Source: Utricularia gibba (lineage: Eukaryota; Plantae; Magnoliophyta). From it: 64,000 bases of DNA. The position numbers and the translations under genes are program-made. The notes beneath the pieces are model-generated. The model did no database searches, was not told the origin of the DNA, and saw only the letters and a list, made by a program, of their open reading frames with translations. The stretch lies in NCBI GenBank assembly GCA_002189035.1, contig NEEC01000020.1, positions 1,178,001 through 1,242,000 on the forward strand. The letters run 5' to 3'. Shown one piece after another: positions 1 to 15,414 of the stretch (within the stretch, counting starts at the first letter, position 1; every line of letters starts with the position of its first letter).

Positions 1-1545
1 GGTATTCTCGAATAGAGCCACCTACTAACACTAGATATTCTCGAATTGATTTTATAAAAACTTTATCCAGCATTCAATAGAGGCATCTTCTAATTGCTCT
101 AGTTGGATAGGCTTTATTCGAGAATAACAAGAAATATTTAATGTTGATTTTTCCTTTTTTGTAAAACTAACCCCTTTTTTCCTAGTCAAACATGATTAAT
201 GGTTCAATCTTTTTTAGAATAGGAATTTTTTTCTTACGTGTAGTGGACTGCATGCTTGCACCTGAATGCAAAAGATGAATAGACAATAAGGGGGTATTTT
301 TTGAGAGATATACATAGTATCTAGCAATAGAACACATCTCCTCATTGAGTGACACAAAACACCTATAGTATTAAGTGCATCACTTGCATGAAATACAATT
401 AAACATACTTAGGGTTGATAAACAAAAAATTATGCAAGTTGTTAAAATTAAAAATTCACATATTAAATAAATTTATAAACCTAATTAACAACCAATCATA
501 TTAAAAAGATAAGCATAATGGATTAGAGTCAAATACAAGGAGCTATATGTCTATTGTATTAAGATTGATGCATGTTGTTTTTGTAATGGTTGAAAATTTA
601 GTTTAAGTTAGAGATATGAGTTTCACAATAATATGCAGATAGGTAACAATAGGAAAAATCAGATCTTTATCTAAAATAAAAGAAGATAATGCATTAAAAC
701 ACTCAGGAATAGCATGCTAATCACTATAACTATTCCATCTAAACCAAAAAATTATTCACCTAACAAGAAAAGGCTCAAGTTTACCCAAATTCTTGTTTTT
801 TTCTAATTTTTTATCTACCTCTAATTAGAGTTGTTTATGATAAATACTCCCCTTCTTGAATCTGTCTTGGTTTGATAAAAAAGTTGAGTGATTAAGTGAT
901 GGTGTGATCTAGTGAACAATAAGTATACTCAACTCCCTTTTTTCCAAGGTACCTCTATGTGCCTAGTCACTTATACTAAGGGAAAGAAAATCACTTTTAT
1001 AATATAACATGAAAACTATCTTCGTTCTACAACTTAAAAGCATGAAAAGAAATAATATAACAAGCAGTAACTAGAATCATAAATAGTTGCATGAAAAAAC
1101 TAAAACTATTTTGAGCTAAGAGTAATGTTCTTCATAAGCGAAAGAAACCTTCAAAAGAGTACTTGGTTCCTGTTTCGTCTTCTTCGTTTCTTCCTATAAG
1201 TTCTTCCCAGATCTTCTCCCCATAAGAAGTCTCAGGTGTATTCTCCAAAGCCTTGGAGATATTTTCTTCCACCTCACTATGCTAAAACTCCTCTTTTTTA
1301 TCTTCTTGGAATTTGTTGCTTCTCTTTCTTCTCTTTTGTCTCCTTTTCATGTTGCCTCTATTGTACACTTTTCAGCTCATTGGGATTTACATTGTTGACA
1401 TATGCTGCGTTGCTCAAGAAAATGATTGGAAACACAAGTAGTTGTGCTAGTCACAAAAACGTAGAAATACACTATAAAGTCTGCGTTTTGTAGAAAAATA
1501 TTAATTATTTTCCTATTCTTAAGCACTCAAAAATATATGTTATCA
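1..1545 (-). mobile_element. Gypsy (Athila/Tat-like) LTR fragment, running off the left edge
   Basis: On the minus strand it starts TGATAACATATATTTTTGAGTGC at 1545. Several blocks are collinear with 19950-20857, e.g. GGATTAGAGTCAAATACAAGGAGCTA vs GGATTAGGGTCGAACACAAGGAGCTA, and TCTACCTCTAATTAGAGTTGTT in both. No coding capacity. Confidence 0.6.
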
Positions 1546-2956
1546 AGGGTACATGCCATGTGTTTTGTATGCGTCATTGTTTCGACTCCCATTCCTACAT
1601 AATAAAATATGAAACCCAATAATGAATGATAATGATCAGAGGAGATGAATGCACAATTTCATGAATAGAAAGTAGCCACGAAAATCCAATAAATTTGATG
1701 AGTACAATTTCATGAACGGTATCTAGATATGAATCTTCACGGATGAATGAATTGCATCAATCTAAAATATAGTAGCTATCTCCCTTATGTTGAAGCTGAT
1801 GCATTGCATTCTATAACACAACTTCACTAGTCTTTGTAGTAATACTAGAAGAAACTGAAACCATCGAATACTAATCATCGGTGGAAGGTTGTGGAACAGT
1901 TACATCCCTCTGTTGTTGTGGCCTTGTAGTACCATATTCATTCTCATATAATTCATACAAATAATTTAAAGCATTTAAAGCAAAATCATACATGACTTTA
2001 ACATTATGCAAAAAACCAGACAGATTAAGAAAAATAAACAATCACAAAAAACTTTCAAATGACTTTACACTCCATTTGCCTTTAGTTTAGAATCAAACAT
2101 ATTAACCACAAGAAAGAAATTAAGAATAGTTTCATAATACTTTAAAAATTTGTGAATCACGGTTTTGAGAACATTTTCAAGAACATCAACTCGAAAATAC
2201 TTTTTAAACAAAGAATCAATAGAAACAAAAGCAGGTAACAACAAATGAGATGTGAGATAGTAAACCCCACTAAAAATCTACATATACTTACGAAAAATAA
2301 GTAAAAACTCTATAAGAATTTCATGCTTAGCATACATGGAATCATCTTTTTGAATATTCATATCACCATGCATTATAAAAAATAACGAAATGATATTTTT
2401 ATAAGGGAGAAAAGATTGCAACATTTGTAAAGTTTAATTCCATCTAGTGGGTGAATCACCTTTTAAAGTTTTAGATTGAATGATTTTAAGCTCACATTGT
2501 ATTTGAAAGAATCTCTTATAAATCTAGAAGATTTCAATTGACGAACGATCTTACGCACATAGGACAAAATAGTATCAATATCATTTATAGATAAAATATC
2601 TTGAATACATAAGTTTATAGTATGACAAACACATTTGGATCTAAAAAAGCAACCAACAAAAATGGGGTTCATGAAAGACTTTGAAGTGATAATTGCAATA
2701 GCATTGTTTGAGGCATTATCTAGATTAATATTGAAAATATGATTAAGAATCGACTATTCAAGACAAATAGCAATAATAAACTCAGCAATATGTACAACTG
2801 TTTGAGGAGAATCTCTAGGCTTAAACCCAAGAATCCTTTTTGTATATTTTATTTACAATCTATCTAATGAGTAGTTACAATAATATAATCACCATTAACA
2901 CCACACCATCACATGTCAATTCAAATTTACAAGAGATAGACTAAATTGAAGAAATT

Positions 2957-5900
2957 GTTGATATCATTTTTTATATCCATATAATAATGTTTTTTCATTC
3001 TTCATCTCTTTGTTTTTTTTTTTTTTTTTGTAGAAATGATTCCCTTTCTTCACCTAAAAATATAATTTTTATTTTCTAGCATATTCTTCCAGTGGGAATG
3101 CACTTGGGGTGTGAAAGTTTTCACCTAATGAATCTTGGATCCTTCAATCTGCTTTGCCTATTCCAATTTCTTTGCATGGTGTTTCCATGATGAGTGTTAC
3201 GGGTAGATACGATAGTGAGATTTTGGTGGTTTTCAACTTCAGTGGCCATATGATTTTTGATGGGGTGAAGCTGAAATATGTTCAAGGAATGCAAGCAGTG
3301 ATTAAGCTCAACAATTCCAAATTAATTACCATTTCATTTCTATGGGGTATTACATCTGCTTATGGGTATCCACATGAAGATAATTATGAAATTTGGATGA
3401 AAGTCATTAACAATCCAAAGCATATATTGGGTGAACCTGAAATTAAACAGTGCATAGAGGTTCTTGATTAATTAGGACTCTTTCGGATCTACATTGATAC
3501 CCCTATTGATGACAACACTTCAAAAACTAGTGATGTTACCGAAAATGTAGATTTCGTGTGCAACCTACAAAAGGTCAATAGTTTTGAGCAATTTTGTTCC
3601 AAAAGATTATCGTGTGCTTACCAAAGCAATTATGGTAGCAATTCAGTAGGTGGTGGGCTTAAAAAAAAAGAAAAATCTAAAGCAAAAGGATCATTTAAAG
3701 CAAACAACACAATTTAAGATATTGGAAAAGGTGATTCAACTAAAAAAATCTTCAACATTTAGTATTCCAATCCTCAATTTCAGATGCTTGATATTTTTTT
3801 AAGTGGATTATATGTTGATACTTTGGGATAGAAACATATGATATATTGTGTGTATATCACACTTTTGCAGTTTTAGATTGGAACATATTATGTACCACTT
3901 TGTTGTGTAGTCTTGTAAATATTTTTTCGATTTGTGCATTATTATATTGTTGTATGGATTGTGCAAAAAGCAATCACTAGAAGTAGATGAGATGTTTAAA
4001 AAGGATAGTGAAAGTTATAGCCAAAGATGATTATACGGCAGAACCTTGGGCTCTTAGAAAAAGTGTGGTTGATGAAGAAACTAAAGATGATAGTATAGAT
4101 TCTATAGCAAGTGATATAGAATTTTGGACTCATGAATTTTACAATGTTCATGAAGAAATAGGACGTCTAGATGCCCATGATGTGGGTACAACTCCAGTTA
4201 AGTGTGATAATCTGACTTTGCAGTATCCAACCGAGTAGTAGGGTAATGAAGGAGTCGTTTTTGGGTTCAAACATTTTGGGACAATGCAAACTGAAAATGC
4301 TGGTATATCTATAGGTAGGGCTGATTTATTTTGAGGAGATGTTAAGAATGCCAATTGAAATTGAGGATGTGTAAAGAAATGATTTTGTGGCTGATAGCAT
4401 GGTAAACTGTACTACTGAAAATCAACAGGAAAATATGAATGTTGATCAAAGTATGAAGAATGACTCATCTCAATTGCTAGCTAAAGGTGCTGAAATAGAA
4501 CTAATGATAAAGAAGGTGATATTGATGAAGAAGATTTGCAAAGTGTGGATTCTGTAGATGATGAAGAGACAAAAACATCTTTAAACATGTTCGACTCGAA
4601 AATAGATAGATTCAAACACAAGATTGCACTTGGTTTGAGATTTAGATCTAAAGAGGAGGCTAAGTTGGCTATACTGCTTTAGAGAAATGAAAGTATCCAC
4701 TTTTCCAACAAATGATAATGAGCGGCTAAGAGCCAAATGTAGGGTAAAGGGTTGTAATTAGTTAATTACAGTAACCAAAAGGAAAAGTGATGGTGGTTGA
4801 GTAGTGAAAAGATTCAATTCCAAACATATAACATGTGACATGAGGCGTACACTGAAAGGGATGAAGCCTTGTTGGCTTAATTGGTATTTTGCACACTATC
4901 ACATGCTAAAGTATAGAGAGTAAAAAATAGAGCTATACAAGCAACTCATGGGAGTGATAAGGAGCAATGAGTAGACTTAAGAAAATATCTATGTGCAATG
5001 CAAAAAAGGTAATCCTGAATCAACAATTATTTTAAGGACTATACTACGTCCAATGCCATTCGAAAGAAGATTTCTTGCCTTGTATATTTGCTATGGAGAA
5101 ACAATGCAAAATTTTCAATATGGATTTGGGCAACTTATGGGGGTAGATGAATGTTTTTTAAAGGGAAAGTTTGGTAGTCACTTATTAATTGTAGTGGGAA
5201 TTGAGGCAAATAATAGTAATTCCTTTATGTATTTTTCATTAGAAATATGAAATGATAGAACCATATGATACACTAAGAGTAGACCTACGTGAGAGAACAC
5301 ATGACTGCAGAAATTGGGATTTAACATCTCTTCCATGTGCATATCGATTGCTAGATTGTGGCATAAAGGATTGAGAATAGAGGAATACGTAGATGATTGC
5401 TACAAGAGGAAACGTACATAACATAATGACAATATAGAATTCAAGGAATTCCAAGTGCAGACTTTGGGATAATGTTAATCTACCATCTCCACTCCCATCA
5501 ATTTATGAAAGGGGATTTGGAAGAAAAAAAAAGAAAGGAAAGGACAACCATAAAAACCCCTTTCCAAAATGAAAGATCTATACAGATTAGTGTGGCTTTC
5601 TCGAAAAAAAAAAAAATCAATGTAGTGTTGCCCACAAAAAGCAACATGTGAGAAAAAATCAAGCTCCAAAACACCTTTGGAGAAAAGAATCAGTGAAGAA
5701 ATAACGAAGGTGGTAGAAATAAGGAAACTAATTCTGAGATGCAAAGAGATGGAAGGTAACCCAAGCTACTCAACCCGTAGATTGTGCTAGGCATCAATAT
5801 GTGTTGTGCTATATGAAGAAGTCATGAGAGAATATGGAAAAAGGGATCAGCTAAGCTATGGAAAGATAATCAACCGAGTTCTTTAGCATCTTTCAATATC

Positions 5901-8900
5901 TATTTATTTGCAACTTTTGTACACTTTTTAGTATCACAAAAACTGGTGATCAAAGCCTCGCTCGTTCATCTTGCTGTTCAGATTCCCCACCTCTTCCATA
6001 ACCTTCTTCCTTTTGGTATCAGAGCAGCCGGTTGTTCATACAATTGCATGCTTCTGCACACTACTTCTCAATGGCATCCTTCACCAATGTCAACATTGCC
6101 AATTTCATTACCGTAAAACTGAATAACACAAACTACCCTCTATGGAAGGAGATGGCTATGGGTCTTGCAGAAAACCAAGGATTCAATGAGCACCTCATTG
6201 GAGAGACCGCTACACCCCTTCAATTTACTCCAATTCCTATTGGGCAACAACCCACAATAGCACCGCAACATACAGAGCAATATGCCAAGTAATGGACTAA
6301 AGATCGACTTCTGCATAGCTGGCTTATGGGTACAATTTTTGAAGATTCATGGCCTTTAATCATGAGTTGCAAAACCTCAGCTGCTGTTTGGACAGCCCTT
6401 CAGGATGCTTATCACTACACACTACGATATCAACTCACGCAAAGCAATAAAATGACCAGCCTCTTAATGACAGCTCAATGAAAAAAAGGAGAAACAGTTC
6501 AACCCTACCAGTTCAATGGTTTACTTGTCTCAAAACTTTGGTCCCCCTGCTCGTTTTTTCTTCAGATGGTCGTGGCTTTCGAGCACAAAGACGATCCAAC
6601 AATATGACACCACGTGGAGCATCACAAAATGCACAACCACATCAATCAAGCTATGCACCACCACTGGGAAAGAGATGAATGACCCTTGGAGAGCGAGAAC
6701 GGTACAAGAATGAGATATGCCAAATTTATTATGAATGTTTCATGGATGATTTTTTCCGTTTTATGTGGTTCTTTCCATTTCGTCAAAAGGTGTTTTTTCA
6801 GTTATCTTTCTTCAATTTGAAGCATATTTAGGTCGACAATTTGGGAAACAAATCGAGATCTTTCAAATCGACAATGGTGGTGAGTTTTTTAACAATTCTC
6901 TAAACTCTCATTTTTGGAAGATAGATATGGTGCATCACTTTTCCTACTAATACACGTATGAACAAATTGGAATGGTTGAAAGAAGACATCTAACTATCTG
7001 AGAACATGGGCTTACTTTACTTTTCCACAATGGACTCCCACTTGCACTATGAGTAGAAGCCTTTTGTACAACCGCGTATATCTCTAAAATTGTCTATTAT
7101 CTCTTTCACTAAAAGGGAAGTCTTCTTTTTCAATACTTTATGACCTTAATCTTGATTATTCTATACTACGAATCTTTGGCTCCAAATGTTTTCCATATTT
7201 ATGGGATTCTAAAAAAAAATAATTTTCACCCAAAACTTCTTTGTGCATATTTGTAGGCTATAGCGATAGTCATAAAGATTATCATTGCTATGACCCATCA
7301 ACACAAGAACTTCACATTTCCCGTCGTGTCATATTTGATGAAAAATCCTTCCCTTATTGTTCATTTGACAAATCACCTTCACACCCTAACCTTGTATCCA
7401 ACCTCTTTGAAATTTGGGACCAAGATACACTGGAGATGCACGAAACCTTAATGACTTCGTCTACTTGTCACAAGTGGTGCAGACTACACCCTACCTAATG
7501 AAGTATACTTGATGGCACCAATAAATGCTGAAACTCCAGCATTTATTGATCATCATGTCCCCATGGACACCCTATTGCATGAAGCTAATATAGAAATTCC
7601 AATTGTTTTCGGGACGACGATTATGACTGATACTTCATCTCGCGAAGGAACCTTCGATGGATTTGAACTCAATGCACCTCATGACACAATTGATGGTGAT
7701 GGGGGTGATGCACTTGTGAGAATGGAAACTGAAATTACAGAGATTGCTACACTTCTACACAGCATACTCACCCCGTTCAAGCAACTTAACCACTTGTTTC
7801 AGAACCGCTGCTCTCACCACATCATGCCAAACAAGGAACAATAGCTGGTCGTCAACAACCATCCAACACCCTTGAGGTACGAGAATTTCATGATGCTCCT
7901 CTTGTAACTGACATGTCTTCTCAATAGCGTTCACATGCCTTGACAACTCGATCACAACAAGGAATAATCAAGCCAAACCCCAAGTATACACTCTACATGG
8001 AGCACTACGGTACAATCCACTTAGAGCCAAAAGGGATCAAAGAAGCACTCAATCACTCATGATGGAAAAAAGCTATGTTTGAGGAGTTGGATGCCCTATA
8101 TCGCAACAAAGCATGGTCTATTGTACCTTGCAATACTATACAACATATAATTGGATGCAAGTGGGTATACAAAGTAAAGCTTAACCCCAATAGATCCCTT
8201 AATTGATTGAAGCCACGATTGGTGGCTAAAGGATATGATCATGTGAATGGTATAGATTACATAGAAATCTTTTCACCAATTATTGATCGGGTACCACTCG
8301 ACTCATTATATCTATAGCACTCACTAATGGTTGGAAGATTCGATAGGTAGATGTGAAAAATGCATTTCTTCATAGAAATATTGATGAAAATATATACATG
8401 GAATAACCCCAGGTATGTGAGATGTTCACTTTCCTAATCATGTTTGCAAACTAAACAAGGCACTATATAGACTCAAGCAAGTATCTAGAGCTTGGTTTGA
8501 TCGCTTTAGTTCATTTCTCTTGCACATCGGATTCTTTTGTAGCCTAGTAGATCCTTCATTGCTTCTCTTTCATGTAGGAAAAGAGACTCTAATTCTTCTC
8601 ATCTATGTGGATGACATTGTTGTAATAGGTTCATCAAGACTCATACTAGACCTTATCGACTCATTATCAACTGAATTTCAATGAAAGATTTGGGCATGTT
8701 GCATCACTTCTTAGGCGTACAAGTCGTGGAGACTAGTAGTGGACTTTATCTCTCTCAAACTCATTATTCTTTAGCTCTTTTGGACAGATTTGGAATGAGA
8801 GACTACAAACCTGCAACCACTCCACAAGCTTCAAAGGTCAAAATCACTCAAAAGGCACGAGTACTCAATGATTCGACTCCATACAAAGCACTAGTTGGGG

Positions 8901-9942
8901 CATTGAAATATCTTACATTCACACATCCAGACATTTCCTACAACGTGAATTTCGTGAGCCAATTCATGCAATCGCCTTCTTCCTATCATCAACAATTGGC
9001 ACTATGGATACTCAAATATGTGAAGTCCACCCTACACTTTGGGATTTCCTATTAGAAGGAGTCGCCCCTACACTTGAGGGCCTTTTCAAACGCAGATTGA
9101 GCAAGTTGTCCACTCATACGGCAATCAGTTACACAATATTGTATCTTTCTTTGATGAAACCCAATCTCTTGGAGCTCCAAGAAGCAATTAATTGTCTCAC
9201 GCTCTAGCACGAAGGCAAAATACAAGGCCATGGTGCTCATAGCAGCAGAAGTTACTTGGTTGTAGTTTCTACTAAAAGACATTTATGTTCAGCTTGACTC
9301 TATGTCGGTTCTCTACTCAACAACATGAGTGTCTTACATCTCTCAGTAAATCCATTCCTTTACTCTCGTAGGAAGCATGTTGAGATTGACTATATCACTT
9401 TGTACGAGAAAGAGTAGACTTGGGGTATCTGAAAACTCAACACATACCCACTCATGATTAAATGGCTGATTTGCTTACCAAGAGAATGCCAACCACAAGA
9501 CAAATATATATTCGAGACAAACTTAGGCTACAACCCTGACCAAGTTTGAGAGAGAGTAATGAAGAACAGAATTAGTGGAGAAATAAGGAAGGTGGTAGAG
9601 ATAAGAAAACTGATTTTGAGACATAAAGAGATGGAAGACAACTCAAGCTACTCAACCCATAGATTGTGCTACACATCAATATGTGCTATGCTATATGGAG
9701 AAGTCATGTGAGAATATGAAAAAAAGGATCAGTTGAGCTATGGAAAGATAATCAATTGAGTTATTACCAACTTTGAATACTATTTATTTGCAATTTTTGC
9801 ACACTTTTTATTATCACAAAACCCATCTCTTCCCCAACCTTCTTCCTTTAAAGAAAATGGACCATTTATGCAACAAAAAAGAAAGATACTAAGAAGTAAA
9901 AAAAATATATATTATGTGAGTACAAAAAATGATATAAATCCA
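2957..9942 (+). mobile_element. MULE/MuDR element (decayed transposase) inserted in the hAT and carrying a Copia
   Basis: MULE-domain motif GVDECFLKGKFGSHLLIVVGIEANN (4993-5250), SWIM-like CRNWDLTSLPC near 5300-5345, and an N-terminal ORF at 3154-3471. A 10-bp direct repeat TGAAGAAATT lies at 2947-2956 and 9943-9952. Degenerate TIRs share the core ATATCATTTTTT. Confidence 0.8.
5676..9850 (+). mobile_element. Ty1/Copia LTR retrotransposon, Ale/Retrofit-like, degenerate
   Basis: Paired diverged LTRs at about 5676-6012 and 9557-9850. tRNA-iMet PBS TGGTATCAGAGC near 6013 and PPT GAGAGAGAG near 9548-9556. Gag MASFTNVNIANFITVKLNNTNYPLWK, integrase IFQIDNGGEF and CIFVGYSDSHKDY, RT MKDLGMLHHFLGVQV. 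No TSD seen. Confidence 0.9.
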
Positions 9943-11778
9943 TGAAGAAATTAGACAAGCTTTTTTTTTTCCTCAAATTGTTTAAATGCTATGCTAACAA
10001 TTTTCCTTCTAGAAAGTGACAAAAAATGAGGTTGCATGCAAGTTTGGGAAAAATTTATTATGAATGGATTTTCTATTTCATAAAATAGTTTCTCACTAGT
10101 AATCAAGTTAAGTACATAATTAATTTTACAATCATTAATATCAAATTTAAATGTTGAAGTAATACTGCTCCTAACTACATTCAACTTCGATTGTCTTAAA
10201 GTCGAAATATACATATCAGGATGTTTGTTTATATTGTGATGTAAAAAATTAGAAGTGAAACCTCTATTACCATGGTCATAGTATATACCACAATAATTAC
10301 ATGTGACTCTTTTGATATTTTTATCATAAATGAAATGATCATGCCAATTCAAAGATGAGGTACCCTTACGATAATTTGAAGTGGAAGATGCTCTTCCAAC
10401 CTCACCAGAGATATCAACATTAATGGAGCATTCCACTTCATTAGTAACAGACACACTTTGGTTTGTTATAACCATGAGTAAACTATACCCAACAAGAAAA
10501 AAGTTTAAAAACAAGATTTATATAAAGATTGAAACTTTAATGACATATAATGAAAAGAAAGTTATATGTATGAAAACAAAAAACCTCTAATGATATAAAA
10601 AAAGAAGCCACAAACCTAAATCTCAAAAAAGAGAGTCACCTAAACATAGATATTGAAATAAATAAAACCTCTTTCTCAAAACCATAGATTTGAAGAAGAT
10701 CAACGGAAAATAATGATAAAGGAGATTATTTGGAAATGGGAAAATATGGAATATAGATTTTGAAATGAAATAAAGAACACACATATATGGAAAACCGTTA
10801 TAAATAAGATTGATATAATATAGATTTGGAGAATTTGGAAGAATATTGAAGAATTAAAAGTGAAAATAAATTACAATCCATGTGCACATAACTGCTTGAT
10901 TTATGAAGAAAAAATATTTTTTCTCTACTTTCAAAACATGACAGTTTATCATCTCTAAAAACAATTACCATTTATAAAAAAAAAGATATTTTTTAATATA
11001 TATGGCCGACTCGTTTGACTTGTCGTGTTGGACTCGTATCTGTAAAATCAAACTTGACTCATACTCATTTTTAATAAATATAAGTTATGGGTTCAACCCA
11101 TTACAAGTCAATCTAAGAGATAAACTGGGTGACTCATTCTTATTCTTATATCTAACCAAAGAACATGTAAAAAGTATATATTAGCAATAGGTAATACAAT
11201 TATTTAAAAATTATATAAATTTAAAAAATATTATTTAAAATTTAATATTAAAATATGGAAAATTTGTACATCAATCTAAAGATTGTAATCATTCACAAAA
11301 TTCAAAAATTTCGTAGGCAATTGTAGAATATTTATGTATTAACATAATTTTAAAAAATTCTTGAAAATAAAAATAAATTTTTTATAATCATGTTAATTGA
11401 AAATATAAAAAATAAGCTGTAATCTTATAGGAATAAATATTCATAAACATATTTCAAGCAAATATACATCACAGATACATATTTTTGAATGTATCAAATA
11501 TATATACTTTATTCTTTTATTCATAAATAGAAGAAAATAAGTGAAAAATAAGGCATTTAGCAATCTTTACAGTGGACTAGTTTGGCCTCTACTCAGTGAA
11601 CACGGATCAGCAACAGTAATATGATCGTAATCTCAGGAATTCAATGCAGCAGAGAGCAAACTAGTTCCACAGCTGAAAGCAAAATGCACCAAGTACAATG
11701 AGAAGTGAGTAAAGGTGTGCCAAAGAAAGCAAAATCATGTTGACTGGAAATCCAGACCCCGTGGATGGATCGGATCCC

Positions 11779-13024
<1,246 letters not shown>

Positions 13025-13090
13025 TGCAAACAACACACGGCGGCGACGGCGAAGTGAAGGCAGAGGGAAACCACCCAAATTTTGGCATTT

Positions 13091-13156
13091 GGTTATATAT
13101 ACTCACAAAAACCTACCATTTTTCCTTCTTGTTAATGGGCTAGTTCCCCATGGGCC
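13091..13156 (-). promoter_or_regulatory. RACK1 proximal promoter: TATA-like box plus two site II (TGGGCY) motifs
   Basis: TATATATAA on the minus strand near 13093-13101, TGGGCT at 13136-13141 and TGGGCC at 13151-13156. Site II motifs are typical of plant ribosome-associated gene promoters. Confidence 0.45.
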
Positions 13157-14843
13157 TGGAAGGGCAATAACGTGGATCTCTTTCTTTGCCTTGTGCTGAT
13201 GGTTATCTACTATTTCTTTGATTGAAAAAATGGAGGATAGTTGTGTTGGTTTCACTTCTCGCATTAAAAATTCTCATTCGTAACCTTGAGCATTGCTTTG
13301 CACCCTTGTTCATAAGGCATGTTTGTACAAAAAATGTGTAACTTTGATTTAAGTTAGGCAACAAATAACCCAAAATAAGATTCAACCAATCTGAAAGATA
13401 AAACCTAGTGAAGTAGAAAGGTAATTGATAAAAAAAAAGTTTCTTATTTTTCACCGCGAAACTCACACACAAAATATACGTATTGCTATAGTAATAAATC
13501 TAAAAGAAAAAAAAAGTCAAACTAGCCAATTAATCAAGCAAATCCATTAGCATTATTCCATCTATGATGGATAAAACTCTAAACCAGAAGTTTCATGATC
13601 AATTGCATCATCTTCTACTCCATCCTAAGACAGCATCATTTGATTCACCAACAACTTTGAAACCAGAAAGAGGGATAAAATCAATTGCCTGAATATTGTT
13701 AGTCAGCTTCTACCCTGTTGAGCGTAGTCCATGTTTTTAGAGCAGACGGTGGTGAAGCTACTGGGGAGCATTTTATTTCCTGTGGTAGTGTGCGTTCAGA
13801 ATGGGCTTGTTTGTCAGTCAAGGAACTCTCGAGAAGACACATGCCTATGGTGCGTGGAGGCGTTGCATGCTTAGGAAGTGCAAGCTGAGAAACTGATGAA
13901 ATCCCAGTTACCATTTGTGGTGTTCTGATAAACAGTGAATGGTGGTTGCTTTTAAATAATAATATATATTTAACATGTTTTTCAATGCACAGGTATTTTG
14001 TAAACAATTATAAAATTATATTTCAAAACGTATCTCTTATGTGTTAAATATAAGGGTCATCCATATAACAGAAATAGTAAATTTAGAAAATTGATCATCA
14101 TGCATTTATTTCTCAAATATTACGATGAAAATTTTATATATATAATAATTATTTTTCTCAGACATTTTAAAGACAGTAACTACTTTTATAATACATCCTA
14201 ATAGAAACCACGTTTTGACAAAGGGTAATATTAGCAAGAAACCTGTTCAATAAGCAAAGATGTCTTTATAGAATAAACACAATGAGGTTGATGATGTTGG
14301 CTTTAAACCATACATGAAAGAATGGGGCAATATCGTGCTCACAATCCGTGGCTTTCCTCAAGATTGATTTCACAATTTTTGAAAATAAGGATGCATATAT
14401 GGCCCCTCCCAAAGATATGAAAAAGAAAAGGAAAGTCACATAGAATACACTAACTTTGAGTAGGCATGTAAGGGAGAAATTCAAATCTACTTTTAATTTT
14501 GAGAAGAGAAAACCTTCTAGCTTTATATCTGAATGATTTCTGAAAGATCCTTCTAATCCCCATAAACTTTCTTTATTTCCCTAGTGTGACAACATCTCGG
14601 TTTTCCTTATTTTTTTGTAGTACCAATTTATTTTCCCATTTTCATTTTTCTTTACTTTGATCCACATTAATGTTATGAAAAAAGGGAACTGAAAAAACAA
14701 CAAATGCTATAACTTTCGGCACTGTTTGTGAGATGAAATTTGTTCCTCACTGAATTTTATAAGCAAAGAAGTGTCAGTCATTGCAAAAGAAGAAATTTAC
14801 TAAAGCAAACTCTATTTTATGAATGATTTCGAGAATAAGAATG

Positions 14844-15209
14844 TGTTAAAATACACAATCCCACATCATAAAATAAAAATGAAATAATCAAGTATATAAG
14901 AAATTATAAATCACAAGTAATTGATTGAGTCTAATCTTTTCTAATATGATCTACGTTTCTTGTGTACTTGAAACTCACATGTACTCGTCCAATAGAATGG
15001 TTAATCTACATTTTAACTAGATTAAATACCAATTCAACTTGAGAATGGATGTTAGAATACACATTACCATATTGAAAAATGAAACTAAAATAATTTAATA
15101 TATAAGAAATTACAAATCATAAGTAATTAGTTGGACTTAATATCTAGTTTCTTATGTACTTAGATTTCACATGTGTGTTCATCTGACCCATTGGATCCTG
15201 AATTTCAAC
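14844..15209 (+). repeat. Two diverged ~165-bp direct repeats (short LTR-like, TRIM-like arrangement)
   Basis: Copies at 14844-15017 (TGTTAAAATACAC...TTTTAAC) and 15050-15209 (TGTTAGAATACAC...TTTCAAC) share ATATAAGAAATTAYAAATCAYAAGTAATT. They are separated by about 32 bp ending in purine-rich GAGAATGGA. Confidence 0.55.
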
Positions 15210-15414
15210 GGAATAAACCAAATGAATGCTGGATGATCATAGGAGAGATATCCAGGAAGAAAACTCTCATTTATTTGGAATGGCTATGAGATTATTAGGT
15301 CTGTATATGATATGTTTTTAGGGTACTTTAGTAACATGAAATGATTTAGAGACTTTTTTAAGAAAGAAACGGAAAAGGTTCAGAATCGTAACCTAAAACC
15401 CTTTCGGGCAATGA

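Larger units (their letters stand above)
1650..10600 (-). mobile_element. Decayed hAT (Ac/Tam3-like) transposase, split by a MULE insertion
   Basis: 9951-10514 encodes a BED finger (W..HF...VTCNYC...TSNFLHH..NKH). Below 2956 the minus frames give SCKFELTCD, DYIIVTTH*ID, LDNASNN, KCVCHTINLCIQD and DSYLD, the ordered motifs of plant hAT transposases, with many stops and frameshifts. Element termini were not found. Confidence 0.8.
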
